A DNA stretch of 64,000 nt, from contig NC_092679.1 in NCBI RefSeq assembly GCF_964355755.1, forward strand, positions 20,629,432-20,693,431, in the 5' to 3' direction. Under the pieces are notes generated by a model. The model was not told where the DNA came from and did no database searches. It saw nothing but the letters and a program-made list of their open reading frames with translations. Each line of letters begins with the position of its first letter. Within the stretch, counting starts at the first letter, position 1. Made by a program: the position numbers and the translations under genes. Origin of the DNA: Antedon mediterranea (Eukaryota; Animalia; Echinodermata). Positions 26,872 to 41,100 of this stretch are shown piece after piece.

Positions 26872-27188
26872 TATATAACACCTATATAAATTCCTGTCAT
26901 TTGATTGGACGAATGTGGGTCACATGGCGTGCAATAGTACGCACTATTCAACGATCGTTAAATAGTACTTTTTGAAACATTTTTGTGTACGAAAAAAAAA
27001 CGTCTAGATGTTATATAAAACAAATAATGAATGTTTTGTATTCGTGTAATGGTACAAATAATGGCACTTGGTGAATGATGAAAGGTTATATCAACTCGGC
27101 TTTGCCTCGTTGATATAACCTTTCATCATTCACCTTGTGCCATTATTTGTACCATTGCACTCATAAACATTCATTATTTGTATAATAT
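26872..27188. mobile_element. ~315-bp dispersed element ending in a long hairpin (near-identical copy at ~53797-54112, truncated copy at ~54195-54262)
   Basis: The copies match almost base for base. The 3' half is a long inverted repeat centred on CAACTCGGCTTTGCCTCGTTG. Confidence 0.8.
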
Positions 27189-27858
27189 TGTTTGAAGGTT
27201 TGCATGGCGAAATTCTGTATTCTCACTCCAGAGGACGATCAAAGTATATTGATCGAAACGTCGAGAAACTCAACAGTTCTTTTCAGAACTAATACACGTG
27301 GTGTACCGCAAACTTTATATCAACATAACCATTTATGCTGTCTTTGATTAAAATAATATTTTCACACATCCAATCAAATGACGTCATGATTAATACGAGC
27401 TATATCGCGACGATACAACAATTTTATTGGTCATGTAGTTTCAATGATTGGGTTTTTAAAATATAACTATTATCAAAGACAGTATAAATGTAGGACAAAT
27501 CATCTGACCAATTACAGTATAACTGGTTATACTATAGTTCTAAATGAAAACTTTCTTTTGTTTTATGTAAGAAAAATTGTATGTTTATCTATTTATTGTT
27601 GATATTTATCGTCCTAGTATGTAGCAGTCTTTAACTTTATGTGAAAAAAAATGTGATGTGCCAATATATGGACATGATGACATCATATCACTACCATCTT
27701 TTTTTTTGTATATTTCATGCCAATTTTAAATGAATTTCTATTTATATTACTATGGACAATAAAATAGTATCAGTATATTTGGTACATCACACTTTTTTTT
27801 GTCAACTAGTTTGAAAGTGAAGACAGAGCTTTAAGATGAGTACACAGTTTGATGCATG

Positions 27859-30800
27859 TCACCGAGAACATTGGAACGTCTGCATAATTAACATTATTGT
27901 CGGAACAGATAGTTTGAGTTCTTTTAAGGCCACGTACATCTTTGGTAACTTGAAATTACCTCCTAAAAATAAACCAGAAAGAAATAGAATTCAAAGTAAA
28001 TTTCAACTAATTGGTAAAATTAATGTTGTACTGTAGTTAGTTAGGCCTAAAACCTACCGCTATGAAATCTAATTGAATCAATCTTTGGTAACTTGAAATT
28101 ACCTCCTAAAAATAAACCAGAAAGAAATAGAATTCAAAGTAAATTTCAACTAATTGGTAAAATTAATGTTGTACTGTAGTTAGTTAGGCCTAAAATCTAC
28201 CGCTATGAAATCTAATTGAAACAATCCTGGGCACATGCTCCAGAAATAAAATTTACTGAGCTGAGCCGATAACTAGAATTTATTTCTACAATTTATTCCC
28301 ACAATGCGTTGCACACGCTACTTGCGACAATATGGTAATTAATTTTAAAAATTGAACACTCAACCTGATAGAAAATCTTTTGGAAAGTTCTTGCTTGGCG
28401 GAAGCCCATGATAAATCAAGAAATGTGATAAATAGTGAGGAGCAGAAGGCCATGTTCCCTGAGATAGATATTGCACTAGCTTCCCTGGAGCATCTGTAAA
28501 TAAAAAATTCCTAAAAATGTTTATGTTATTGATTTAAAGCCTTGTTCGCGCTGGACTTAAAAAATGGTCAATTTCACCATGGTAACTTTGGCCAATGTCA
28601 TCGGAAGATTTGACCATCATTCGCACTTGGATATTTTTATGCAGTTTAGTTCTACTGCAGTAAAATTTAACCGTTAACGATTGACTCATGTGTGTTAACA
28701 TAAGTCGCACATTTAGATTGGATTTTTTAGTCACTTTAGCCGGCGACTCAGTTAATTTGACCAAATAAAGTCCAGTGCATCAAGATTTAAGATATATTTT
28801 GGTCAAGTTTAACTATATTTAACGACAGACGCCCAGATGAACACATGTTCTTCCATGGACGACTGAATATCAGCACAAGTGGGATAAAACAACAAAATTT
28901 GATTGACAATTTCAAAAATTGTTAATTGAATAATTTATTTTAGAATATACTTTACCTTTGAGCCAACTATTAAGCACTAAGTCAACTTTACTCGTTACCA
29001 TACTGCAGAACTGTGGATGCAGTAATGGAGTAGGTGTATTCTCAGAATGTTTTGACAGCAAGCCGGTAAACGTATGCTTGTAGAAGGCTAACACTAAACG
29101 CAGCTGTGAGAGGGCGTATGTCCCATTTGCAAGGGACAATGGCTGATTGACAATCTATATATATATATACAAACAACTATATTAGAACTCATATTAAGGG
29201 GATACCTTCAGGACCCAACATATATGTGATGTGCCCATATATGGACATTATTACAATGTCATATCACTAACATATTTGGCATAATACTACCATATTTGGC
29301 ATATCACTACCATATTTGGGCACATCACACTTTTTTTGTTAGATAGTGTAGACGGGGTTTAATAAAGGTGTCCCCTGAATAGAAATGTGAAATAAACAAA
29401 AGGAATGGCCAACGCCTCTCTTCAGGGTACACTCATATTCAGGGGACACTCATATTCAGGGTACACTCATATTCAGGAGACACTTTTCTGCATCCTCTTA
29501 ATATGGGGTTCCCCTCGATGTGTTCCATTATCGGAAGGGTTCTACTGTATGTATATATTTTGAGGTATAGTAGCAGTTTGTTATCAACTAAATAAATTAG
29601 CAACAATCAATTTGAAATTCTCTACATACCTCAAAAATATCTAGAAAACAGTGTAGAATATCAGGTTTCTCCCTCGTTACGCAATCATACAGTAATGTAG
29701 AAAATACCGCCACTATTTCATCATTCTGAATAACAAATATTCATATAAATTATAAAATCATATCATAAAACAGTGTAACTTTGATAAATTCTTTTACTGT
29801 ACCAATAGTCAGTCTTGAATTAAATATGACTTTTACACAAAATATTGATTTATTATTTTATTTCATACGCATCCAACAGCGAGCACAAACTCGCCAATTA
29901 CAGGATGGATAAACTATTTAATAATTTATCGTGCTTATTATAAACTAAGTCTCAATTGAGGCCTAGGGAGTGGAGTTGAAAGAGTCATGAGTTACAACCC
30001 TGGCACTAAGTCAGGATTGAACCCCAGACCTTGGGATTGGAAAGCAAGCAACCACATACAGCTCCACTACAAAGATGCAAAAACACATCTAAAATGTCTT
30101 CAATCACTTACTTCTTGGTTTTTTCCAGTATGCTTGCAAAATCGTGATGCAAACTCCAGTACTTTAGGGTCAGAGGTGAAAGATTTGATGACCTCTAGGT
30201 CAATGCTATGGTAACTGCTGCTGTCCTCTGTCATTGACCTCGCTAATAAGCTTAAATAACCCTGCAAAAAATGATCGCATACATTGAAAAACGATCGCAT
30301 ACATTAAAAAAGGATGTTTTTATCATTCCGGCCGGCGAATATAGAATGCTTTAATTAATAGCAGAGGATACCTTTACTCACAGACACCATTGTCTAGAGG
30401 ACTTTTTTTTTTTTCCGGAGATAGTTGGGGGTGGGGGTAGTTGGAGTGGGGTGGGCACATTTTTTGGGCAGCAACTATACATGGACTGAGACAAATGAAG
30501 ACAATAAATAGTTAGCCTTGGTGGTCCACCATGGATTTGAGCGTGCCATACCCAGTGGCTAAAATGAAAACAGCAGCCAATATGTACAGAGATAAAAAGG
30601 ATGACAAAAAAGAGATTCCTATACCTTTGGATCCTGTTCATACGACAAATGACCAGCTCTCTGTTTCACATATAAGCATCCATTGCACGACAAAACTGAC
30701 TTCAAAATTCCTGGACTCTTCTCTACGTCTATGCTAACAGGCCAATATCGTGGACCTAGAATCTTGATCTAACGATGAAAAAGGCATTTTTCAGTTTACC

Positions 30801-32090
30801 AAATAACTGAAATTTATCTATGACTTTCAATTTGGTTACATCAAAGATGTATTGTCTTCCAATTTGACAATTTTTTTTTTAAATAACAATTTTTTTGATT
30901 CAATTTTTGTTCAAAGTGGATAACTATTATGTGACATAAAAATTAGTTTTTCAGGGGGACAATACATCCTTAAATGGTTTTCCGGCAAAATTCTGTAATA
31001 TTAAACATAAACAATTACAATTGGCAAAAAGTATATACTGTATACTACTAACCAATAAAAGTTAAAGTACATATACATGTTTTAGGTTTACCTGATGCAG
31101 ATATCGTAATTCAGGTATCAAACACGGAGCCATCACTTTCAATGATTTCCCATTGTACCAATCAGTATCCTAAAATAAATATAAATTGCGAATTTGGCAT
31201 TAATTTTTCACGTGAGAAAGATAGCTTATGTACTAAGTATCGAGATACTTGTTAAAGTTGTGATACTTTTTGATGCTTTTTATTATTTTATTTTATTGTA
31301 CATTCTGCCTAATTTAAGCTTTGTTTGAAAATAAATAAATACTGAGTTTATATTGGGTGTGTCATAGGTATTTGTTTTTATTTATTTTACTATTTTATAT
31401 AGGCATATGGCTAAGAACAATTAACAATGTTTTCATTGCCCTGAAATACAGGTGACAATTTATTCACAAAACAAACACACACACAAAATAGACTACATAA
31501 ACAAATTTTTGGGAGTTTAGCTGTTTTATCATGAGACTGCTTAATGAATTTTAACCAAGAATTTCTGCTAACATGAACATATTTATTCAGTCTACCTTGT
31601 ATACCAACTCTATAGGTGCATAGGAGGCTTTAGTACTGTCAACATCTCTAGGTAGTATTAGCCTAGGCTCTGCTGCCAGCACATACAGGTGTCGTAATGC
31701 TTGTAAATGATATCTGAAATTTACATAATAATTTACATGTAATCATAAAAAACATTTTGAAATGTTGAAATCATCTAAATCTAATTTTTATTTCATTTGT
31801 ATGATCAAAAAAAGAAAGAAAAAATAAAAACAAGATTAATTAAATTTAAAGTTGAAGATAGTCAGGTCTCTGGTTCATTCTACAGTCGCAACGGATTGAC
31901 TTCTTCATCAGTACTTCTGTGAATGGATGATTAGTTGAGAACATGAATGCTAATTGATCATACCCGGTACTGTTTTGATCGTACGATGAATCGGGAAACC
32001 ACCTCACGAATATATATATCGTTTCAAATTAATTAATTAAATTTCAGTATATCACCGGGCGGTTTAGAATTAATGTTCTTTGCCTGATTT

Positions 32091-32128
<38 letters not shown>

Positions 32129-35100
32129 TTTACAAAAGTAAACATTACCGGTTATCGTTGCTGTGAACTGGAAATCTTGGAAACACACTACAAAGAAGAG
32201 CACCAATAGCCGTTCCCGACGACTTAAGTGTAAACCGCCCTCCACCAAGAAACAGAAAACCAATTGCCATGTGCGTTGCCATGTGATTGCCGTATGTAAT
32301 GTCTAGGAATCTGCCGTGAAGTTGTCGTGCAAACCGCAAGACATCTAAATCTCCCGTACCAGCCATTACCTTTAACAATTATAAAATGTTGTAATAATAG
32401 GTTTGGCTTTGAAATTATACTTAAGCTCTGTCTACACTATCAAACTAGTTTGACAAAAAAATAGTGAGGGTACACTGAAGAGTTTGAGCCATAATATTAA
32501 CAAATATTTCCTTTTGTTTATTTCACATTTCTATTCATGGAACTCCTATTTAGCTGTCTACACTATCAAACTAGTTTGACAAAAAAAGTGTGATGTGCCC
32601 AAATATGATAGTGATGTGCCTAAATATAGTAGTGATACAACATCATCATGTCCAAATATGGACACATAACATTTTGTTGTCACATAAAGTTTGATAGTGT
32701 AGACAGAGCTTTATATAGCTCTTTCAATGTTTTTATCCTATTATTTTTGTATATGCATTTATCAATAAATGTATAATGTATAACTATTCAATCAGCAGAC
32801 TGTACTGTTTCATTCTTATTAGATCTCGTCAGTGCAGCTCAGGTTTCAAATGAAATGTACCGCAGAACTGGCACAATATATAGGCTGAGTCAGTTATGTG
32901 GGACATGGTACACTGATTATGAACACAAAGAGTGCACAAACTCAACGAATATATAACTATATATTCTTTCAGGGACTGGCAATTAACTTTATTTAATAAT
33001 AACATAATTCAATCACTGATCTCTTACCATGGACCACGCAATTAGTACAACATTCAGGCAATTCTCTATAGTGGATTTTCCAGCCTAAAACAAAAAAATA
33101 TTCATAGTATTAAAAATAAAACAATTTTCGGACTGGTGGCGCGGCACAGCATCGCTAAGACTGTACAGACCATTCTAAACAGTAGCTTGAAGAAGTTGAC
33201 ATATGTCAAAAAATATCACTAAGGTATTTATACCAATTGTGTATGTATTATTTGGTTCAACAAAAAAGTAATCATTTTTCAGTTTATTATATTTTGAATC
33301 AGATAAATTTATTTAATAATTCTTTTCAAGGTGAAAATTTATTTTAAATTTTAAGTGTTATGATTCTAAATGTATTATTCTTACCATCTCAATTTCTTCG
33401 GCACTGTTTTTTGAGTGAAACACTTTAACAAAGTGTTGCTGAAATGAATAAAACATTTTTTTATGCTATGCAAATAATTGAATTTTTTGGTATGATGGAA
33501 TTATCATAATAAACTCGAAGATGGCAATTTCGAAAGATAATGAATTGAGCAAATAAATATAAGGATTGGAAGAGAATTTGACACGTAGAATCGCAATGCG
33601 CGCTCTTTGAAATTTGTATAAATTTGACGAAAGAGAGAAAAAAACTACCTTTTAACTTAAAGTGACCATTTCATAATGTCACAACATCCAATAGGCCTAA
33701 TTTTTATATGAATTCATATCTACGTTTCATCAGCTTTTATAATAAATTATAATCTTCAAGGTCACCTTTAATTCTGAAGAGCTGTAAGATATTCAAATGT
33801 ATGGTGTAGCTGAAAATACACGACCTAGATTATTCAAGTTTTTACGCATGATGCCGTCATCAAAACGACAATGTTGACAACTCCTGAGAAAGATAATTAA
33901 TTGAGCAAGCACATCCTAAAATTTGTGCGCAAATCGGGCTCAAATAACGGAGATGGGCTCTGTTGAATGTGATAACCCACACAAAAACATAAAAATTACT
34001 AATTTTTAAATTCAAGTGGCCATTTGATGACGTCATACCATTTTGTACGTCTAATATGTATATATATTTATATCTACAACTTATTGGCTTCCATAATTAG
34101 TTAAAAAAATTGGGGGTCACCTGCCATTCTGAAGAGTTATATTCTTTTTAAAAAGGCCTTAATTTTTACCATTTTTAGCACTTTTGTACAATTAATGTGC
34201 GCATTTTGTCATTTTTAACGTGCTCGTATAGCACTATTTTAAATCGAAATGGACTCACATTTGGTGAATCTACCAAGGAAGATGAGTAGAATGCAATTTG
34301 TACAAAAAAAATTGTATTTTTTACACTTTCTAAGTACGCACGTGCAAAAACGTGTTTTTGCGCAGTAATTTTTTAAAACACGCAAATGGCCTATTTTATG
34401 CTCTAAATTGATCAAAACTTAATTTTGAGCTTTTTAAAATTTTAACGCGCGATTTCACGTGCATGACCTTGAAACAAGTAAGTTTTTATTTGTTAATATT
34501 TTTACCCTTCACCTGAAGTTTACGTATAGTGAATTTTATTGATATGTGATAAAGAGTTATGGAGATATGATTGATAGTGTGAATTTTTTGTGATCATTGC
34601 CATTCAACTTTTTGAGATAATTGTTAGACAAAAAGTGTACAGAAAGAATAAAAAAAAAAAAAAATAATAATAAAGATTTCATACAATAACAATAGGTGAT
34701 CATTTTATTCTAAATGATCACCTAATAAATAATATTTACATCTAAAACTTAAACCAGCTATATATAATATTCAACACACAATTACATCATGCATGGTGTA
34801 TAGATCCGATTGTTTTGAGGAAGAAACAGACATGCGTAGTTTACCCGGTCTATAGTTCGGGGGCAATAACTATAGCCCGGCGATTAACCAATGAGATCCC
34901 ATGAACCGGTAAATAAGTACAAATTTAATAGAAAACACTAGCATTGACATTAATGCAAGATAATTTACAGCGAAGGTTACATACAGGGATATCAAATGAC
35001 ATATTGACAAATACTAAGGAGCAATTAATTAAGGTCAAATTATTGACCTTAATGACCTTACCAGTGTAAGGAATGCCTGGTGATTGGCTGATCCTGCGAA

Positions 35101-38100
35101 GCGAAGACCAAGAACAAGACAAGCTCCAGCTAAAATGTTGCATTCAGCTTGACTAAAATATAAAATCATTGAATGAATGAATGAATGAATAGAAAGGATA
35201 ACATCAATGGATGGGATAGTATAATAATTGAATAATAATAGTAACATAAAATATACAAATGTGTACCTACCTCATAGTCTGTATATCAACATCATCATCT
35301 AAGCTATTTGGTGTGTTTCGCTTAAAAGCATACTTCTTTACAATCTGTAAAAAAGAATGAAGTGATAAATATAACCATTGAACAAAGTCTTACTCTATAT
35401 ATAAAACATAACAATCAGAGCACAATAACAAATCATAATATTATATTATATATTTATAGACACTTATTTTTTATAATCCTTTATGAGAGAATGCACGTCA
35501 AATGACCTTTGACCTTTTCGACAACTACTATAGATAAAATTTCAAACCTTACCTTTGGTAAGTTACTTTCGACCCATTCAATGGAAGGAAGAATGTTACT
35601 CCACATAATAAGTCCATGGCTAACAATCTGAGATTAAAAACGGTTTTCAAATTCAATAAAAATAAACATTAACAAAAATAATACAAACATTTAATGTCAT
35701 TTCTGAATGATAGAAGTGTATGAAATATAGGCAGACAGAACACATGCTTTAAGGAGTGAAAAAGTGAGGACGTTATTTGTTTGTTTTGTTTGTCAAATTT
35801 ATTAGTGATTAGAGAAAGAAGAAAAAAGGAGATAAATGAATATGTGGACAAAATATAATTTACTAAAATAAGCCAAGACGCTTACCCGGATAAGCAAGAA
35901 ATCTGGACGAACAAAATCCAACAAAAACTGAGTTTCAGGGGCTGCTAACCACTGTGCAACAGCACTGAAATAAAAACACAGTTATACAATAGTAAAGGTA
36001 TATTTATTGCTCAAAGTATCAGTATCACTCTGCAATCCGATACTAAATTATTGTATTCACATAAATTTGAGGGGGGAAAAACTCCATACCTTTTATTTGT
36101 GTCGAAGAACATCATGCCAAGAGCGAGGGTTGCTCCTGGTGATGTGACGTTAACATTGACTTGGTCCCCCTCCTTGATTTGGTAACTAGGTGACTTGTAC
36201 TTCTCTTTATTCAATCCAGTCTAATAGTTACAAAAAAAGTGAAGATTAATATTACTGTATTGTATTAATAGACCAATACTATTTGGGCTATTAGTACCAC
36301 AAATCAATGGATCATACCAATTATCTACACATTCAAATGACATTTGTTTGTCTCAACAAAAAAGTCTTAATACAGTTCTATAAAACACTAACAAACAAGA
36401 TCATTCCTGTTAATGGGAGTTGGGACACTTGTATGGTATCAAATGTGCCCCCTTAATAAAGGTTGAACTGTATTGTATTAATAGACAAATATGAATTGGG
36501 CTATTAGTACCACAAATCAATGAAGCATAGCAATTATTTACACATTCAATTAACATTTGTTTGCCTCAACAAGCGCAACGAACACAGGGAATTATGTATT
36601 TTAACACTACGGCCAACCATAACTTAGGGACTTTGTTGGGTCCCAAGTGTGTCCCCTTAATAGAGGTTCTACTATATAATTATCACATCGTTTCATATTA
36701 ACAAATTAACGATTTGATTATAACCCTGGTACAAACTGAAAAAAAAATTCCTAGATTAAAGTACTATTTAAAGAATATGAGGCTCGGGTAATCAGACAGT
36801 TAATACCAATTATTGCCAGGTCAAAGTTTAATATACTTACTAAAGGCCTTTTGAACCCTCCTACCATGTAGTGATAGAGTTGATCCGTCATGTTGAGGTC
36901 CGACAGCGACACATCATCACTACCATGCTAAACAAAAACATACAAAATATCTACTGACTACAGTACATTAAAAAAATATTAATCTTGAAAAATTGTGTGT
37001 TTAATAAAAATTTACCCCAAGCATAATCAGGCCTAAAGCAAGTCCAGCAGCCAACGAGTAGGACTCTCTATCTGTGCTATTCTCCATTTCAGGACCTGGT
37101 GGTCGGCCTAGAAAATAAAACATTTTATGATTATCTGTTCAATTATTATCTTCATTAGTTTTTCATTCTCCCATTACCTTTGTGAACTAATTTAGCATGT
37201 TAGTAAATAATTGTCTGTAAAAGTGAATGTACACTAGTTTGTTAATAAATATGTATTATAAAATAGTATACAATTGCAAAATATATTATCATAATTCTAT
37301 GTAATGTGACATGTATAATATCTATTAATTCAAGTGTATACGTCAGCGTATACATCCGCCCTTATGAGGGCAGGTATCACTCTCTGGAGCTCTCTGTTAC
37401 AAATTTCTCATGCAAAAATCGCGGAATACTCATTCTTGTGATATATATTCTTTACCTTAAGTGAAATAATTACTCATATAGGCTGCCTCCTCTCTTTTTA
37501 TGCGAGTCATTATTATGTTTGTGTCATAAGGCATGCATTTCATGTGTTTATGATACGTATATCAAAGAAATTATATATAGAATTAATTTATAAAATAGAA
37601 ATTGAATACAAGTATTACCGATTTCATCTAAAAGAACCTCAGCAAATCGTCTATGAGCCGTTTTTTGATAAACTAAACCAATGCCGACAACGGCGCTGAC
37701 TTGGACGACGTGCTGAACGTCTAACTCGGTGGAAGTGGGAGGCAGAAGAGCTGGGATATGAATACTCAACATCTTAGTTACGTTTAGGTCCATTGTTCCA
37801 GCTCTGTGAGGACAAATATTCATTAATTTCACAATTAGACGTAAGCTCTGTCCACACTATCAAACTTTACGCGACAAAAAAAGTGTATGGACATATATGG
37901 ACATGGATGATGATGTCATATCACTACCATATTTAGGCATATCACTACCATATTATTTGGGCACATCACACTTTTTTTGTCAAATTATTTTGATGGTGTA
38001 GACAGAAGTCTACTCTTGTATCTTTGCTCAAGTCATGTTATAGTTGTGTACTATCTGTATTATCCTCTGCATGTAAAACCTATAATAATTCTACTGCAGT

Positions 38101-41100
38101 AGCAGTATCATATCTTAACATAGTGAGTTGGCCTGTAGCTATATTAACATTATTAGGAGCGGATGAGTTGGTACCCTTTTGGTAGTAAAAGAAAATAAAT
38201 TATCTTTACATTATTTTATTTATTATATTATATATTCAAATTCTCACTGAAATGCACATACAAAAGAAAAACACATTGCATATAAAAAGAACATTCAGTG
38301 AAAGATGGGACCAATTCCAAATTGCACAGTGAATATTAAAGAGGTTTATAACATAATAATAAATATTTAAATATAAAAACCTTGCTGCAGCTAAACCTAG
38401 GAGTACACCCAGACTTGTCATCTCATGCCCCTAAATTAAAATAACAATTGAACAAGTAATAAAAACATTGGTTGGAAAAGAAAGAGTCAAAATGTACAAT
38501 ATTTACACAGCAATTACAAAAAGTAGTATTAGTAGTGCATAGGCTAATTGCTATATTTGTGACTTGCCTTTATTAGGTAGTCATGAACCTTGAGTGTTGC
38601 CAAGTTGGGCAGATGTCCATTTAACCCAAGACCCATCAGGAATCCAGCGTGTTCGTTACTTCTATCATTCTCCGAAGGTTTGTTATATGCTATCCATGTA
38701 GAATCAACCTGAAACAAATACGTAAATTTCAGAATCAGATTTCTAATGCTATTATTTATTTTATTTTATATGCATCCAACAGCGTGAAACTTGCCAATTA
38801 CTGTATGGATAAACTATTTTATAATTTATCCTGCTTATAAACTAAGTCTCATTTGAGGCTTTGGGAGTGGAGTTAAAAGAGTTACAACCCTGGCATTAGG
38901 TCAGGATTGAACCCTGGCACTAAGTCAGGATTGAACCCTGGCACTAAGTCAGGATTGAACCCTGGCAGTACGTCAGGATTGAACCCTGGACCTTAGGATT
39001 GGAAGGCAAGTATGTTAATCACCAAGATACAGGTCAACTTTATTATACAGCTCCACTATGTTATGTCTTGCTTTTCAAAAGGTGCATAGATATGAATATG
39101 ATATTGTGCTTAATATAATGGAAAAACTTGATCAGAAATATCTGGAAAGCACCCAACTCATTAGGAAGGATTCCTGGGAGACCACTCCTATGAGGCATTT
39201 AACCTCATAGGAAGGGGAAAAAAAGGGGTGATGTGTGTTTTAATACTACGGGCAAACCTTAAGCCCGGCGCACACTATAGCTATTGGCTGAGCCAGACAA
39301 ATCGCGTACTGAGGGCGTTTAGTATGCGCCCAATAGAACTCGATCACAGTTTGCAGCAATTTTTTGTGAGCAAAGTGTTATTCATGGCAGTTGGCTCAGC
39401 CGAAAGCTACAGTGTGTGCCAGACTTTATTCAGGGTCACGCTATTAAAGGGATACTTTGTTGGGCCCGAATAAAAATTAAAATTCAATAATACCTGTGTG
39501 GCCCCTGGCGCTATCTTCAAACCTGCTGCGACTCCATTGTGAAAACTTGGCCACGCTTCCATGTTGGCAATCACGTCAATATGCGAAAAATTGATGGTGT
39601 TGTTTCTAGGTGGCGCTTTACCAGTTAAGTTGAGCTTAGGAATTGGTAATGTTTCAGTAACTACTGGTCTAGCCAGGTGCAGGGAAAACATTCCTCTACA
39701 AGATAAAGTTTTATCAGAAATACATTACAATTATGTAGATTTTAATATAGAGCGTGATGTTTGGTGGGTAAAACTTCTTGATCGTTTGGAGTTGAGTGTC
39801 ATTATTGAACGGATATAATCTATAATCCATTTCGTATTTGTCTCAAATGATGAACTGGGTTCTTTAAAGTGCACACAGGCAAACTATGTACACTGGACCT
39901 ACAGTTTATAGTCCTTATCCCAGGAGACTTGCTCCACCACCAGAACTAGGAGTGAGTCAAAGATATTCTTGTACGCTCCTGTCTTAACCGCTCGGCCACT
40001 TGACTCGACTATATGAAAAATGTAACAACTCACCTGCCAACTGGCAAAGCCATTGTCCTTTGACTTATGCTAAGCAACTTAAACTCTTGCTCCTCTTGGA
40101 ATTCATGGTCACTAAGTAAAAAAGATAATTATCTTTATCTAAAGCTCTGTCTGCACTATCAAACTATTTTGACAAAAAAAGTTTGATGTGATATTGAAGA
40201 TCTGTCTACACATCAAACTTTATGTGAAAAAATGTGATGGACACGACAACATCATATCACTGCCATATTTGGGCATATTACTACCATATTTAGGCTATTT
40301 AGGCACATCACACGTTTGATAGTGTAGACAGAGCATTACAAATACGGTTACTCCATAGTAAAGCTTGGTTCCCACTTTGATGAAACAGAACAATGAGGCA
40401 CAATGCAAGTGAGTTGACCAATGACAAGCGACAGTTGGATGATCCAAAGGGTCGTGAGCGTTTACGTCAAGAGGAACGTGATGCTACTTTATTGAGTGTC
40501 AGTAATTATCTTTAAAAACCTATCTGTTCACTTACGTGACCTCTGGTTTCTGGGTCAAGACAATTCGAACAGGTTTCGTAGACTGAAGCAGACGACGAAC
40601 TTCATAAACCCTTAAATCATCCGGGAATCGTAATCGTAACATCTCCTCATCCAGGTGCTCCATCCCGTCAAATTCGTCCTTCGTGTTGGACTTTTCATCC
40701 TGTATCTTTCGTTTTCCCTACATTTTTAGAAAAAATATCAAAAAAACTGTTTTTAAGAGAAATATGGAACACAAGAGGCCACAAATTAGACCCAGTTGAA
40801 GTCTTTCCTTTTCAAACAAGTTTTTCATTAATTTAAATTTTTGCCACTTCTCGTCTATTATATACAGTGCATTGAGAGCTTACTTATATGCGCTTTATAA
40901 GAATGAACTATTAATATTATTGATAACATGTTTGTTAATTTAAAAGTTATCAAAAAGTCATTTTGGTAATTTATTCTTTGATTTACAAAGAGAAAAACTG
41001 CAGTTAAATGATCTACGAGACTAGGAAAAATGCGAAAAGATTTGGAGTTTATCCTTAATTAAAACTAGGTATTAATCAAACCATTTCAAAATCTTGTTCT

